This document shows, piece by piece, positions 1 to 17,938 of a stretch of 64,000 bases of DNA. Numbering within the stretch: the first letter of the stretch is position 1; each line of letters starts with the position of its first letter. Position numbers and translations under genes: made by a program. The DNA is taken from the NCBI RefSeq assembly GCF_009914755.1, contig NC_060925.1. One strand, given 5' to 3'. Under the pieces are notes generated by a model. That model was not told the origin of the DNA. It ran no database searches and saw nothing but the letters and a program-made list of their open reading frames with translations. The stretch is from the human T2T-CHM13v2.0 reference genome, Homo sapiens.

Positions 1-9
1 GACAGACTA

Positions 10-1049
10 GAAACACTAGAACTTATTTCTTCTATCGAACTGTATGTTAGTTAGATATAAAACATTAGAACTTATTCTTCTATTTAACTGTATATTTGTA
101 CGTATTAACCAGCCTCTCTTTATACTCCCTCCCACGCACCCCTCTCCTTCCCAGACTCTAATATCTATCATTCCATTCTGTTTTCTTGAGATCATGGTTT
201 TTACCTTCCACATATGAGTGAGAACATGTAGTATTTGTCTTTCTGTGCCTGGCTTATTTCACTTTACAATAATGACCTCCAGTTCCATCCATATTGCTGC
301 AAACATGATTTTGTTATTTTTATGGCCAAATGGTATTCCATTGGGTATATATAACCCATTTTCTTTATCCACTCATCCATTGATGTACACTTATGTTGAT
401 TCCATGTCTTTGCTATTGTGAATAGTGTTGCAATAAACCTGCAAGTACAGGTGTCCCTTTGATATACTGATTTTACTGATTTCTTTCCCTTTTGATAAAT
501 ACCCGGTAGTGGGAATGCTGGATTGTATGGTAGTTATATATTTAGTTTTTTGAGAACCCTCCATACTGTTTTTCATAGCGGTCGTACTAATTTACATTCC
601 CACCAACAGGGTATATGAGCTTCCTTTTCTCTGCCTCCTTGCCAGCATCTGTTATTTATTTATCTATTTTTGTCATTTTAATAATTGCCAGGCTGGGCAG
701 GGTGGCTCACACCTGTAGTTGCAGCACTTCGGGAGGCCAAGGTGGGATGATTACTTGAGCCTAGGCGTTAGAGACCAGCCTGGGCAACATGGTGAGACCC
801 CAGCCAGGGCAACATGGTGAGACCCCATCTCTAAAAATAAAATAAAATTTAGAAAATAAAAAATAACAATAATAGCCATTCAACAGGGTAAAATGATATC
901 TCATTGTGGTTTTGATTTACATTTCCCTGATGGTTAGTGATGTTAACTGTTTTTTCACATACCTGTTGGCCATTTGTATATCTTTTGAGAAATATCTGTT
1001 CATGACCTTTGCCCACTTTTAAATGGGATTTTTTTTTAACTATTAAGTT
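10..1049 (-). mobile_element. Old L1 (L1MA/PB-like) 3' fragment
   Basis: Reverse-complement L1 3'UTR and ORF2 end; interrupted by an Alu monomer. Confidence 0.8.
690..868 (+). mobile_element. Alu left monomer (FLAM-like) with a 25-bp internal duplication
   Basis: TSD aataattgcca / aataatagcca. Confidence 0.85.
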
Positions 1050-2510
<1,461 letters not shown>

Positions 2511-2529
2511 GAATATATATATATAAATT

Positions 2530-4693
<2,164 letters not shown>

Positions 4694-6305
4694 CCAATTA
4701 TTTCTTTATTCTTGATTTTTGTTTTATTTCTAGCATTTCCATTTTGTTCCTTTTTTATCATTTCTATATCTTGGCTGAAATTCCTCATCTCTTCACTATG
4801 TTGCCCATCTTTTCCACTGAAACCTTCAGCATTTTTATTATAGTTATTTTCTCTTTAGACATTCTGGGCACCTTATCACTGACAACATTCCAGAGACCTC
4901 TTAGTACTTCACAGTGGTGCCACCAACCTTCGAAATCCTTGGGAGAGCTATCTCTGCTTTACAACTTAGCTTCCAGCTTTTTGGTCATTGGGTAATTAAC
5001 TTTACTTTCTCATCTGACTCTGAATTTTGGTGTATCTTCCTCTCTTCCTCCCCTTCTCCTCCTGCCCACTCTGCACTCCCCTCTCCTTCTCCTTCTCCTT
5101 CTCCCTCTCCTTCTGTCTCCTATTTCTCTGTCCCAATTCTGTCAGGGAAGCTGCTTTACACTCTGGGTAGAGGCCACACATGGCTCAAGGAGAGTTCCTC
5201 TCCACTCCCTTACCCCACTCCTAGTCACAGAGCTGAGAATCCAGAGTGTGGATGGGTTTCTCTCAACTTGTCCAGCTTGATGCCCCTTTCCTGCCTTCAA
5301 AGACTTACTACCTTACATTTTGAAGAGACCTTGAATGCTTCAAAAGGATCTCTCACCTCACCTGCACGATTATGCCGAAGCATTAAGTGGAGTTACGTGG
5401 GAAAGGGTTTGTGAGTGAGAGTGAAAACTCACTTCTTGGCTGGGAATCCTTGGAATTCTTATCTATCGTGTTTATGACGTGTTCCTCTTCCCATCTCTCT
5501 GACAAGAATGAGAATGGCTGTGGGTTTCTTCTATAGCTCACCATTTTGTTTCTAATCTATTTCTTCTTTAAGAATTGTTTCCAGCAACATAAGTTCTATA
5601 CTTTAACGTGAATCCACATTTAGCAAAATGACCTTTTATCCCAAATTGTGTCTTTCTTTGGTTACCAGTTTGATATCTGCCGACCTCCTGTTTCAGTATA
5701 CACTAAATATTTGTACATTAAGTAAAATGAGGACAACAAGATGTTTTCAAAAGATTCCTTTTGATTGTCATGTACATAGAAATTACATTTCAAGTAAAAA
5801 TCCCAAAAAATTAGAAACAGTGGGGAGAGGAGGCAGAGGAGAAGGGAGGCCTTGGACTCCTTGATGAAATTAGGCCCACCGAGTTTCAGGCACAGCAGTT
5901 TCTGAATACTAGCAGCCTATATCCATGAAAGGGTAGAATTCATTTGTCTAAGGCTTTAAGTTTCTCTTCTCTTTATCTGATAACCAAGGAATCTAGAATT
6001 CCAAAAATGAGTTAATATTTGAAGAGACTTTATATATTGACCTTAGTAAACATCAAGGTGAAAGGCACACTCCAGGCCAGAGTGATAAATACACAAAGAG
6101 AAGGCTGATGTGCTTAAAAGATTTAAAAGGAATTAAAATTTATTAGTCCTACCGATAGAAACAATTTATAAACAAATAATTGGGATAATTTATTTTTATG
6201 GTTATATGTAATATGACCAATTTCTATTTAATATATTTCTATGCCTGAAGTATTATTCAAAAATATATTGAAACAAATCAAACCTTAGTATTTACTACCT
6301 TTAAT

Positions 6306-6606
<301 letters not shown>

Positions 6607-6654
6607 CTCTGTATTTTAAATGTAGCAAATTAGAAGATGGAAGTTGTTAGACCT

Positions 6655-6920
6655 TGGTAGCTAAGGTATGAGGACACAAAGGCGTAAGAATGATACAATG
6701 GACTTTGGAGACTTGGGCGGGGGTGGGGGGGCAGGATGGGAGTGGGGTGAGGGATAAAAGACTATACATTGGGTACAGTGTACACTGCTCAGGTGATGGG
6801 TGCACCAGAATCTCAGAAACCACCACTGAAGAACTTATTCATATAACACCACCTGTTCCCCAAAAACCTATTGAAAGAAAATTTAAAAAAATAAAAAATA
6901 AAATTTAAATTTTAAAAAAG
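6655..6920 (+). mobile_element. 5'-truncated L1PB-like 3' end with A-tail
   Basis: gggtacagtgtacactgctcaggtgatgggtgcacc motif; gaaRttgttagRcc flanks. Confidence 0.8.
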
Positions 6921-6983
6921 AGAAATTGTTAGGCCCGTCTCTAAAATCGAAGATCTTTCTCATCATTTTTCATTTTGTCACAG

Positions 6984-7461
6984 GCTAAAGGAAGAAGAAG
7001 CACCTTTGCAGTCTGGACAGAAAATGAAATTTACCTCGGATCCATTCTTCTTAAGTTTGCCAGATTAGTAACTACCACAGAACTGAAAAACATCCTAAGT
7101 CTATCGGTGACTGCTACTCTGACCATAGACAGGGTTGAGTATACAGGACACCCTCTGGAGATTGCTGTGTTTTTAAATTATTGCACTGTATGTAACGTCA
7201 CCAAAAAGATTTTCTTAGTGATATATAATGAAGATACAAAACAGTGGGTTTCCCAAGACTTTACATTAGATGCCCCTATTGACAGTGTTACCATGCCACA
7301 TTTTACATTTTCAGCACTGCCAGGATTACTGCTATGGAACAAGCATAGTATCTACTATTGTTACCATAATTTCACCTTTACTGGGATTTTACAGACACCT
7401 GCAGGACATGGAAATCTATCAATGCTATCAAATGACAGCATTATTCATGAAGTTTTCATAG
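6984..7461 (+). CDS. CATSPERE: CatSper-epsilon coding exon (478 nt, phase 0 to 1; AKGRRSTFAVW...IIHEVFI)
   Basis: Acceptor ttttgtcacag/GCT, donor ATAG/gtaagg, open frame; peptide recognised as the CATSPERE/C1orf101 ectodomain. Confidence 0.95.
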
Positions 7462-8185
7462 GTAAGGCATTCTCAGTCCACTAACATTATTCTAGATTTC
7501 ACTATAGACATCTTCCTTATAATGATGTAACACTTTTTAATGTACCAATGTGTGGCGTTTTTGGCAGCCAAAGGTGCACTTCTTATCACCTACAAATGAA
7601 TTGACTTTAAATACAAGTAATGTTAACTATGATCTCACATAGCAAAAGGGCAAACTCAATTTCTTTTTGCCGGGGAGAGGGGAGTTTCATTTTGGTCAAT
7701 CAGTAGATTCTAACTAAGCAATTTATATATACATCGTAGGGTGTAGGAGGTGCTGTGGTATTGTGTTACGTTTCCTGGGGCTCCCGTAACAAAGTACCAC
7801 AAACTGGATGACTTAAAACAACATAAATGTATGACTTCACAGTTCTGGAGGCTAGAAGTGGAATATCAAGGTGTTGATAGGGCCGTGTTCCCTCTGAAAC
7901 CTGTAGAGGGAGGTTTTGTGTTATACAGCACATATGAAACAGGATCATATGTGTTTTTTAAACAACCATGAGCCACAGTGATAAGAAGACAAAGTTAGAA
8001 TCATACATTGGGGATAGATTTTAGAGGTCAGATACCCAGTTTGAATGTTGTACTGAAGGTCATTCAGAAACAATGAAATATAACACGCTCAAACAATTCA
8101 TAAGCGTATGAAGTATGAAGTTAAAGGCCTTCATCTCTCACCATTCTCATTTCCCAAATAACCAACTATTAAGAAACTCCTGTGA

Positions 8186-8489
8186 GGCCAGGCGTGGTGG
8201 CTCACGCTTCTAATGCCAGCACTTTGGAAGGCCAAGGTGGGAGGATCACTTGACTCCAGGAGTTCGAGTCCAGCCTGTGCAACATGGTGAGACCTCATCC
8301 CTACTAAAAACTTAAAAATTAGCTGGGCATGGTGGTACACGCCTGTGGTCCCAGCTACTCAGAAGACTGAGGCAGGAGGATCACTTGAGCCCGGGAGGTC
8401 AAGGCTGCAGTGAGCCATGTTCACCTCACTGAACTCCCCAGCCTGGACAACAGAGCGAGATCCTGTCTCAAAAAAAAAAAAAAAAAAAA
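8186..8489 (+). mobile_element. AluJ
   Basis: Dimeric Alu; TSD ..ctcctgtga. Confidence 0.95.
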
Positions 8490-9016
8490 GCTCCTGTGAG
8501 TTTGTCCAGACTTTCAAACAAGCAAATACTAAATATAATGGGCATGTTTTCAAAACAATACATATAATAGATATAAAACGAATGCCATTTTAACTGCTGT
8601 GTATTGTTCCACTGTCTATGCACACTACTGTCTAATTAATAGGGGTGTAGATAGATATTTAGATACATATTAGCCTTCAGTTCTTTTTCTGTTACAAATA
8701 ATGCTGCAGAAAATATGCATATGTACACACACTGATACAAGTGTTTCTGTAATATAAATTACTGGATATAGAATTCCTGAATCAGAGATTACGAATATTT
8801 AAAAAGTTGATAAATCCTTCTCACTTACCCACCAGCAAAGTTTGTCACAGTCTAAACTCCCCCAAAAGTATTGAAAATGTATCATTTTCATAGAATCTGT
8901 TTAACAGTTACTGGTTATATAGAAGAAAAATGTTATTTTATTGCACATATCTTTTATAATTAGATGTTTTATCTAGTTTCACAAATTTATTGGCCATATT
9001 CTTCTGTGAATTTCCT

Positions 9017-12000
9017 TTTTTTCTTGTCATTTCCTTATTTCTGTTTTATTTTTTATTTGTTTATTATACTTTAAGTTCTGGGATACATGTGCAGAATGTG
9101 CAGGTTTGTTACATAGGTATACACGTGCCATGGTGGTTGACTGCACCCAGCAACCTGTCATCTACATTAGGTATTTCTCCTAATGTTATCCCTCCCCTAC
9201 CCTCCCAACCCCTGACAGGCCTTGGTGTGTGATGTTCCCCTCCCTGTGTTGATGTGTTCTCATTGTTCAACTCCCACTTATGAGTGAGAACATACGGTAT
9301 TTGGTTTTCTGTTCCTGTGTTAGTTTGCTGAGAATGATGGTTTCCAGCTTTATCCATGTCCCTGCAAAGGACATGAATTCAGCCTTTTTCATGGCTGCAT
9401 AGTATTCCATGGTGTATATGTGCCACATTTTCTTTATCCAGTCTATCACTGATGGGCATTTGGGTTGGTATCCAGCCTATCATTAATGGGCATTTGGGTT
9501 CCAAGTATTTGCTATTGTGAACTGTGCTGCAATAAACATAGGTGTGCATATATCTTTATAGTAGAATAATTTATAATACTTTGGGTATACACCCAGTAAT
9601 GGGATTGCTCAGTCAAATGGTATTTCTAGTTCTAGATCCTTGAGCAGTTGCCACAGTGTCTTCCACAATGGATAGACTAATTTACACTGCTACCAACAGT
9701 GTAAAAGCATTCCTATTTCTCCACGTCCTCTCCAGCATCTGTTGTTTCCTGACTTTTTAAAGATCACCATTCTAACTGACGTGAGACGGTATGTCATTGT
9801 GGTTTTGATTTGCATTTCTCTAATGACCAGTGATGATGAGCTTTTTTCCATGTTTGTTGGCTGCATAAATGTCTTCTTTTGAGAAGTGTCTGTTCATATC
9901 CTTCACCCACTTTTTGATGGGGTTATTTTTTCTTGTAAATTTGTTCAGGTTTTTGTAGATTCTGGATATTAGCCCTTTGTCAGATGGATAGACTGCAAAA
10001 ATTTTCTCCCATTCTGTAGGTTGCCTTTTCACTCTGATGATAGTTTCTTTTGCTGTGCAGAAGCTCTTTAGTTTAATTAGATCCCATTTGTCGATTTTGG
10101 CTATTGTTGCCGTTGCTTTTGGTGTTTTAGTCATGAATCTTTGCCCATGCCTATGTCCTGAATGGTATTGCCTAGGTTTTCTTTTAGGGTTTTTGTGGTG
10201 TTAGGTCTTAAGTTTAAGTCTCTAATCCATCTTAATTTTTGTATAAGGTGTAAGGAAGGGATCCAGTTTCAGCTTTCTGCATATGGCTAGCCAGTTTTCC
10301 CAACACCATTTATTAAATAGGGAATCCTTTCCCCATTGCTTGTTTTTGTCAGGTTTGTCAAAGATCAGATTGTTGTAGATGTGTGGCATTATTTCTGAGG
10401 CCTCTGTTCTGTTCCATTGGTCTATATATCTGTTTTGGTACCAGTACCATGCTGTTTTGGTTACTGTAGCCTTGTAGTATAGTTTCAAGTCAGGTAGCGT
10501 GATACCTCTAGCTTTGTTCTTTTTGTTTAGGATTGTCTTGGCTATACAGGCTCTTTTTTGGTTCCATATGAAATTTAAAGTAGTTTTTTCTAATTCTGTG
10601 AAGAAAGTTAATGTAGTCTGATGGGGATAGCATTGAATCTATAAATTACTTTGGGCAGTATGGCCATTTTCACAATACTGATTCTTCCTATCCATGAGCC
10701 TGGAATGTTTTTCCTTTTGTTTGTGTCCTCTCTTATTTCCTTGAGCAGTGGTTTGTAGTTCTCCTTGAAGAGGTCCTTTACATCCCTTGTAAGTTGTATT
10801 CCTAGGTATTTTATGCTCTTTGTAGCAACTGTGAATGGCAGTTCACTCATGATTTGGCTCTCTGTCTGTTATTGGTCTATAGGAATGCTTGTGATTTTTG
10901 CACATTGATTTTGTATCTTGAGACGTTGCTGAAGTTGCTTACCAGCCTAAGGAGATTTTGGGTTCAGACAATGGGGTTTTCCAAATATACAATCATGTCA
11001 TCTCCAAACAGAGGCAATTTGACTTCCTCTCTTCCTATTTGAATACCCTTTATTTCTTTCTCTTGCCTGATTGCCCTAGCCAGAACTTCCAATACTATGT
11101 TGAATAGGAGTGGTGAGAGAAGGCATCCTTGTCTTGTGCCAGTTTTCAGAGGGAATGCTTCCAGCTTTTGCCTATTCAGTATGATATTGGCTGTGGGTTT
11201 GTCATAAATAGCTTTTATTATTTTGAGACACATTGCATCAATACCTAGTTTATTGAGAGTTTTTAGCATGAAGGGGTGTTGAATTTTATTGAAGGCCTTT
11301 TCTGCATCTATTGAGACAAACATGTGGTTTTTGTCATTGGTTCTGTTTATGAGATGGATTACATTTATTGATTTGCATATATTGAACCAGCCTTGCATCC
11401 CAGAGATGAAGCCGACTTGATCGTAGTGGATAAGTTTTTTAATGTGCTGCTGGATTTTGTTTGTCAGTATTTTACTGAGGATTTTTGCAACGATGTTCAT
11501 CAGGGATATTGGCCTGAAATTTTCTTTTTTTGTTGTGTCTCTGCCAGGTTTTGGTGTCAGAATGATGCTGGCCTCATAAAATGAATTAGTGAGGAGTCCC
11601 TCTTTTTCTGTTGTTTGGAATGGTTTCAGAAGGAATGGTACCAGCTCCTCTTTGTACCTCCGGTAGAATTTGGCTGTGAATCTGTCTGGTCCTTGGCTTT
11701 TTTTGGTTAGTAGGCTATTCATTACTGTCTCAGTTTCAGAACTTGTTATTGGTCTATTCAAGGATTTGACTTCTTCCTGGTTTCATTTTGGGAGGGTGTA
11801 TGTGTCCAGCAATTTATCCATTTCTTCTAGATTTTCTAGTTTGTTTGCATGGAGGTGTTTATTCTCTGATGGTAGTTTGTATTTCTGTGGGATCAGTGGT
11901 GATATCCCCTTTATCTTTTTTTATTGTGTCTATTTGGTTCTTCTCTCCTTTCTTCTTTATTAGGCTGACTAGTGGTCTATTTTGTTGATCTTTTCAAAAA

Positions 12001-12966
12001 ACCAGCTCCTGGTTTCATTGATTTTTTTCATAGATTCATAGATTTCATAGATTCATAGATTCATAGATTTCAAGATTCATAGATTCTTTTCAAAAAACCA
12101 GCTCCTGGATTCATTGATTTTTTGAAGGGTTTTTCGTGTCTCTATCTCCTTCACTTCTGCTCCAATCTTAGCTATTTCTTGTCTTCTGCTAGCTTTTGAA
12201 CTTGTTTGCTCTTGCTTCTCTAGTTCTTTTAATTGTGATGTTAGGGTGTCAATTTTAGACCTTTCCTGCTTTCTCCTGTGGGGATTTAGTGCTATAAACA
12301 CTGCTTTAGCTCTGTCCCAGAGATTCTGGTACGTTGTGTCTTTGTTCTCATTGGTTTCAAAGAACTTATTTATTTCTGCCTTAATTTATTTACCCAGTAG
12401 TCATTCAGGAGCAGGTTATTCAGATTCCATGTAGTTGTGTAGTTTTGAGTAAGTTTCTTAATCCTGAGTTCTAATTTGATTGCACTGTGGTCTGAGAGAC
12501 TGTTTGTTATGATTTCCATTCTTTTGCATTTGCTAAGGAGTGTTTTACTTCTAATTAATTATGTGGTCGATTTTAAAATAAGTTTGATGTGGTGCTGAGA
12601 AGAACGTATATTCTGTCAATTTGGGGTGGAGAGTTCTGTAGATGTCTATTAGGTCCGCTTGGTCCAGGGCTGAGTTCAAGTCCTGGATATCCTTGTTAAT
12701 TTTCTCTCTCGTCGATCTGTCTGGTATTGACAGTGGGGTGTTTAAGTCTCCCACTATTATTGTGTGGGAGTCTAAGTCTCTTTGTAGGTCTCTAAGAACT
12801 TGCTTTATGAATCTGGGTGCTCCTTTATTGGGTGCATGTATATTTAGGATAGTTAGCTCTTCTTGTTGCATTGATTCCTTTACCATTATGTAATGCCCTT
12901 CTTTGTCTTTTTTGATCTTTGCTGGTTTAAAGTCTGTTTTATCAGAGACTAGGATTGCAACCCCTG

Positions 12967-13007
<41 letters not shown>

Positions 13008-15717
13008 TTCCATTTGCTTGGTAAATATTCCTTCATCCCTTTGAGCCTATGTGTGTCTTTGCACGTGAAATGGGTGTCTTGCATACAGCACACCAATGGG
13101 TCTTGACTCTTGATCCAATTTGCCATTCTGTGTCTTTTAATTGGGGCATTTAGCCCATTTACATTTAAGGTTAATATGTTTTGTGTGAATTTGATCTTTT
13201 CATTATGATGCTAGCTGGTTATTTTGCTCGTTATTTGATGCAGTTGCTTCATAGTGTCGATGGCCTTTACAATTTGGCATGTTTTTGCAGTGGCTGGTAC
13301 TGGTTTTTCCTTTGCATATTTAGTGCTTCCTTCAGGAGCTCTTGTAAGGCAGGCCTGGTGGTGACAAAATCTCTCAGCATTTGCTTGTCTGTAAAGGATT
13401 TTATTTCTCCTTTGCTTATGAAGCTTAGTTTGGCTGAATATGAAATTCTATGTTGAAAATTCATTTCTTTAAGAATGTTGAATATTGTCCCCCACTCTCT
13501 TCTGGCTTGTAGGGTTTCTGCAGAGAGATCTGCTGTGAGTCTGATGGGCTTCTTTTTGTGGGTAACCCAACCTTTCTCTCTAGCTGCCCTTAACATTTTT
13601 TCCTTCATTTCAACCTTGGTGAATCTGATGATTGTTTGTCTTGTGGTTGCTCTTCGCGAGGAGTATCTTTTTGGTGTTCTCTGTATTTCCTGAATTTGAA
13701 TGTTGGCCTGTCTTGTTAGGTTGGGGAACTTCTCCTGGATAGTATCCTGAAGAGTGTTTTCCAACTTGGTTCCATTCTCCCCATCACTTTCAGGTACACC
13801 AATCAAATATAGGTTTGGTCTTTTCATATATTCCATATTTCTTGAAGGATTTGTTCATTCATTTTCATTCTTTTTTCTCTAATCTTTTCTTTATGCTTAT
13901 TTCATTAAGTTGATCTTTAATCTCTGATATCCTTTCTTCTGCTTGATCGATTTGGCTATTGATACTGGTGTATACTCCACAAAGTTCTCGTGCTGTGAAG
14001 CTCCATCAGGTTATTTATGTCCTTCTCTACATTGGTTATTCTAGTTAGCAATTCATCTAGCCTTTTTTCAAGGTTCTTAGTTTCCTTGCATTGGGTTAGA
14101 ACATGCTCCTTTAGCTCAGAGGAGTTTGTTATTACTCCCCTCTGAAGCCTACTTATGTCAGTTCATCAAACTCATTCTCTGTCCAGTTTTGTTCCCTTGC
14201 TCACGAGGAGTTGTGATCCTTTGGAGGGGAAGAGGCATTCTGGTTTTTGAAATTTCAGTCTTTTTGCATTGGTTTTTCTTCATCTTTGTGGATTTATCTA
14301 CCTTTGGTCTTTGATGTTGGTGACCTTTACATGGGGTTTTTGTGTGGATGTCCTTTTTGTTGATGTTGATGCTATTCCTTTCTGTTTGTTAGTTTTCCTT
14401 CTAACAGTCAGGCTCCTCTCCTGCAGGTCTGCTGGAGTTTGCTGGAGGTCCACTCCAGCCCCTGTTTGCCTGGGTATCACCAGCAGAGACTGCAGAACAG
14501 CAAAGATTGCTGCCTGTTCCTTCCTCTGGAAGCTTTGTCCCAGAGGGGCACCCGCCAGATGCCAGCCAGAGCTCTCCTGTATGAGGTGTCTGTCAACCCC
14601 TGCTAGGAGGTGTCTTCCAGTCAGGAGACACAGGGGTCAGGGACCCACTTGAGGAAGCCGTCTGTCCCTTAGCAGAGCTTGAGGGCTGTGCTCGGAGACC
14701 CACTGCTTCTTCAGAGCTGGCTCACAGGAACGTTTAAGTCTGCTGAAGCTGCGCCCAGGGCCACCCCTTTCCCCAGGTGCTCTGTCCCAGGGAGATGAGG
14801 GTTTTATCTATAAGCCCCTGAGTGGGGCTGCTGCCTTTCTTTCAGAGATGCGCTGCCCAGAGAGGAGGAATCTAGAGAGGCAGTCTGGCTATGGCAGCTG
14901 TGCCGAGCTGTGGTGGGCTCCGCCCAGTTAGAACTTCCTGGCAGCTTTATTTCCACTGTGAGGGGAAAACCGCCTACTCAAGCCTCAGTAATGGCAGACG
15001 CTCCTACCCCCACCAAGTTCGGGTGTCCCAGGTCACTTCAGACTGCTGTGCTGGCAGTGAGAATTTCAAGCCAGTGGATCTTAGCTTGCTGGACTCCATA
15101 GGGGTGGGATCCACTGAGCTAGACCACTTGGCTCCCTGGCTTCAGCCCCCTTTCCAGCGGAGTGAATCGTTCTCTCTCACTGGTGTTCCTGGCACCACTG
15201 GGGTATGAAAAAAAACAAAAACAAAAACAAAGACAAAAAACTCCTGCAGCTAGCCTGGTGTCTGCCCAAACGGCTGCCTAGTTTTGTGCTTGAAACCCAG
15301 CGCCCTGGTGGTGTAGTAACCTGAGGGAGTCTCCTGGTCTGTGGGTGGCAAAGACCGTGGGTTCCTCATGGAGGAACCAGACTGTTCCTCATGGCACAGT
15401 CCCTCATGGCTTCCCTTGGCTAGGGGAGGGATACCATGGGTTCCTTATGGAAGACCAGACTGTTCCTCATGGCACAGTCCCTCGTGGCTTCCCTTGGCTA
15501 GGGGAGGGAGTTCCCTGACCCCTTGCACTTCCCCAGTGAGACGACGCCCCACCCTGCTTCAGCTCGTCTTCCGTGGGCTGCACCCACTGTCTAACCAGTC
15601 CCAATGAGCTAAACCTCAGTTGGAAATGCAGAAATCACCCGCCTTCTGCGTTGATCTCGCTGGGAACTGCAGACTGGAGCTGTTCCTATTCTCCCATCTT
15701 GCCCACAACTCCCCCTT
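9017..15717 (-). mobile_element. Full-length LINE-1, L1PA6-8-like (probably L1PA7); ORF1 and ORF2 disrupted
   Basis: ORF track shows ORF1 (13267-13836), endonuclease (12551-13126), RT (10964-11761) and C-terminal fragments; 5'UTR and degenerate T-tail present; 15-bp TSD ttctgtgaatttcct (9002) / ttctgtgaattttct (15718). Confidence 0.95.
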
Positions 15718-17938
15718 TTCTGTGAATTTTCTATTCATACTGTTTGGACATTTTTGCATTGGGTTTATCTATACTGATATGTTCTTTATCTCATGTATTG
15801 CAAATATTTTCTCTAGTGTGTAACTTCCTGTAACTTTTTGGAGGGAGTTTGGTATTTAGAATTTGTATTTTTAAATGGTCAAATTTATTAATATTTTTAT
15901 TTGTAACTTCTGATATGCCATAATATGACAGGTCATTTCAATTATAAAGATATTATATATTTTCATTATTCTTATAATTCTGATTTTTATGTTTTGATAT
16001 TTAGCAAGAGTTAGGAATCTAATGGTATTTTTCCCATTGAAAGCTGATGTTGCCTTAAACCATTCTTCTATTAAGCAAACCTCTCCCACTGATCTGAAAT
16101 GCTACTTGTATTATGTATTCATTCCTCACATTAACCGGATTGTTTCTAGGCTATTCTGTTCCACTAATCTATTTGTCCTAGTGCTATACTTTTTTGATTA
16201 CTATATCCTTAATCACCTAACACACTAAATAATTTATTTTCATGTTTATTGGCAGTCTTCTCTGCTGGAATGTAAGCTACACAAGAGAAGGACTTTTCTG
16301 TTTTTTCATGAATATTTTCCTCCTAAGTACCTAGAACAGTATAGCCCCATAGTAAGCATTCAATACATTTGTTGAATAGATGTTTGCAATATTTATCTTC
16401 CCAACCAGGAATGTTGTATCTTTTCATTATTTTTATTTTCTCTAATTGATCTATTCTAATATTTTATCCCTTCTTGAGTCAATTTCAGAAGTTCTTGTCT
16501 TTCTAGGAAATAATTCATTTTATGTAGATTTTCTAATTTATTGGCAAAAGTAGGCTATTTTAACTTTTAAATTTCTTATGTACCTATAATTATCTTCCTC
16601 ATTTATAATATTGCTTGTGCCTAACCCCCTTGTTAGTTTGGCTTGCAAGAGATTGTGTTTTTTTAGGTTTTGTTTTCTTTTCCTTTTAAAAAGAATTCTT
16701 AATTTTATCTACTTTCTTTTTAATTTAATTTCTGCTTTTGTCATTATTGATTCTTTACTTCTGCTTTCTTTTTGTAACTTTAGTCATCTCTTGCCTGCTT
16801 ATTAAGTTAAATGGTTATTTCATTTATTTTTAGTCTTTCTTATTTTCTAAGCATTTAAAGCTACACACAAGCAAAAGGCTATGAATTTTTCTCTGTGTGG
16901 CTTTAGCCACATTATCTTTTAAATCATTCTTAATTCTCATTTTAACTTCATATTTAAAGCAAGGATGATTTATAAGGTTTGTAGTCAGCAGTGTGATCAG
17001 CAAAAGAGAAGGTGCTATGAAAGCAAATATTGGGAACATCAATCCAGATGTATGGGATCAGAAAACTAGGTGTGGAGGAAATGACTTCTAAACTGAAAAC
17101 TAGGGAGAGAGTATATATATTAGAAAATGATTTCACTGGTTAGGCTGGGGGATTGAGGTAGCATTCCAAGCTGAGAATACAGCATGTGCAAAGATGTGGA
17201 GGTAGGAAAGAACATGGCAAGTTTGGGGAACTGAAATTAGGTCAGTCTGACTAGATAACACAGTGTAAGGCAAAAAATGGCAAGAGACAAACCTGGCTAA
17301 AGAACAGACAGGCCATATCATGAAGCAACTTGGACATTATATATAATCCAAAAACAATGTATTGTTTTGTTTCCTGAAGTTTTAAATTTTATATATCATT
17401 ATACTGCATGCATCCTGCAATTACTTTTTTATTCAGCATGGAATTATATGTTATTATGTCATCCATTCACATTTCTCCCCTTCCACCTTGTGATCTACTG
17501 CATATATTTCTGATTAGATAAGTTTAAGTAGAATACAATTTATAGTAATTTGTAAAAATGTTACTGACTTATTCTGATTTCAAATGTAAGATGCATAAAC
17601 ACAACACAGCCTGAACCTCCCTGACTTGATGAATTCCCCTCTTCCTTCCAGCCAGTCCTCTCCAAGTGTTGTCTTTTGACAAAGTATATTCCTAGAGGCT
17701 GTACACAGAGAATGTCATATCTTGAAAGAAAACTATGAAATCATCTAGCCCAACTGTTCATTTTACAGACATAGCAACAGAACTAAAGAGGTTAAGATAG
17801 TTACCCACTATGACCCACTGTGACTTAGGCAGAATATTAAGTGGAGAAAGCTGATTATCTGCTATGAGTGAACCTGCAGAGGTAGGCTATGCTTTATACC
17901 ACTCTCACCCCCACTCACCTCCATGTCTTCATTCCAGC

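Noticed and set aside
6975-7484. ORFs 6975, 18664 and 63771 as stand-alone genes
   Set aside because: Internal exons whose ORF limits run past the splice sites; the first two 'starts' are TTG codons
9267-13836. Active L1 ORF1/ORF2
   Set aside because: Broken into many pieces by stops, frameshifts and insertions
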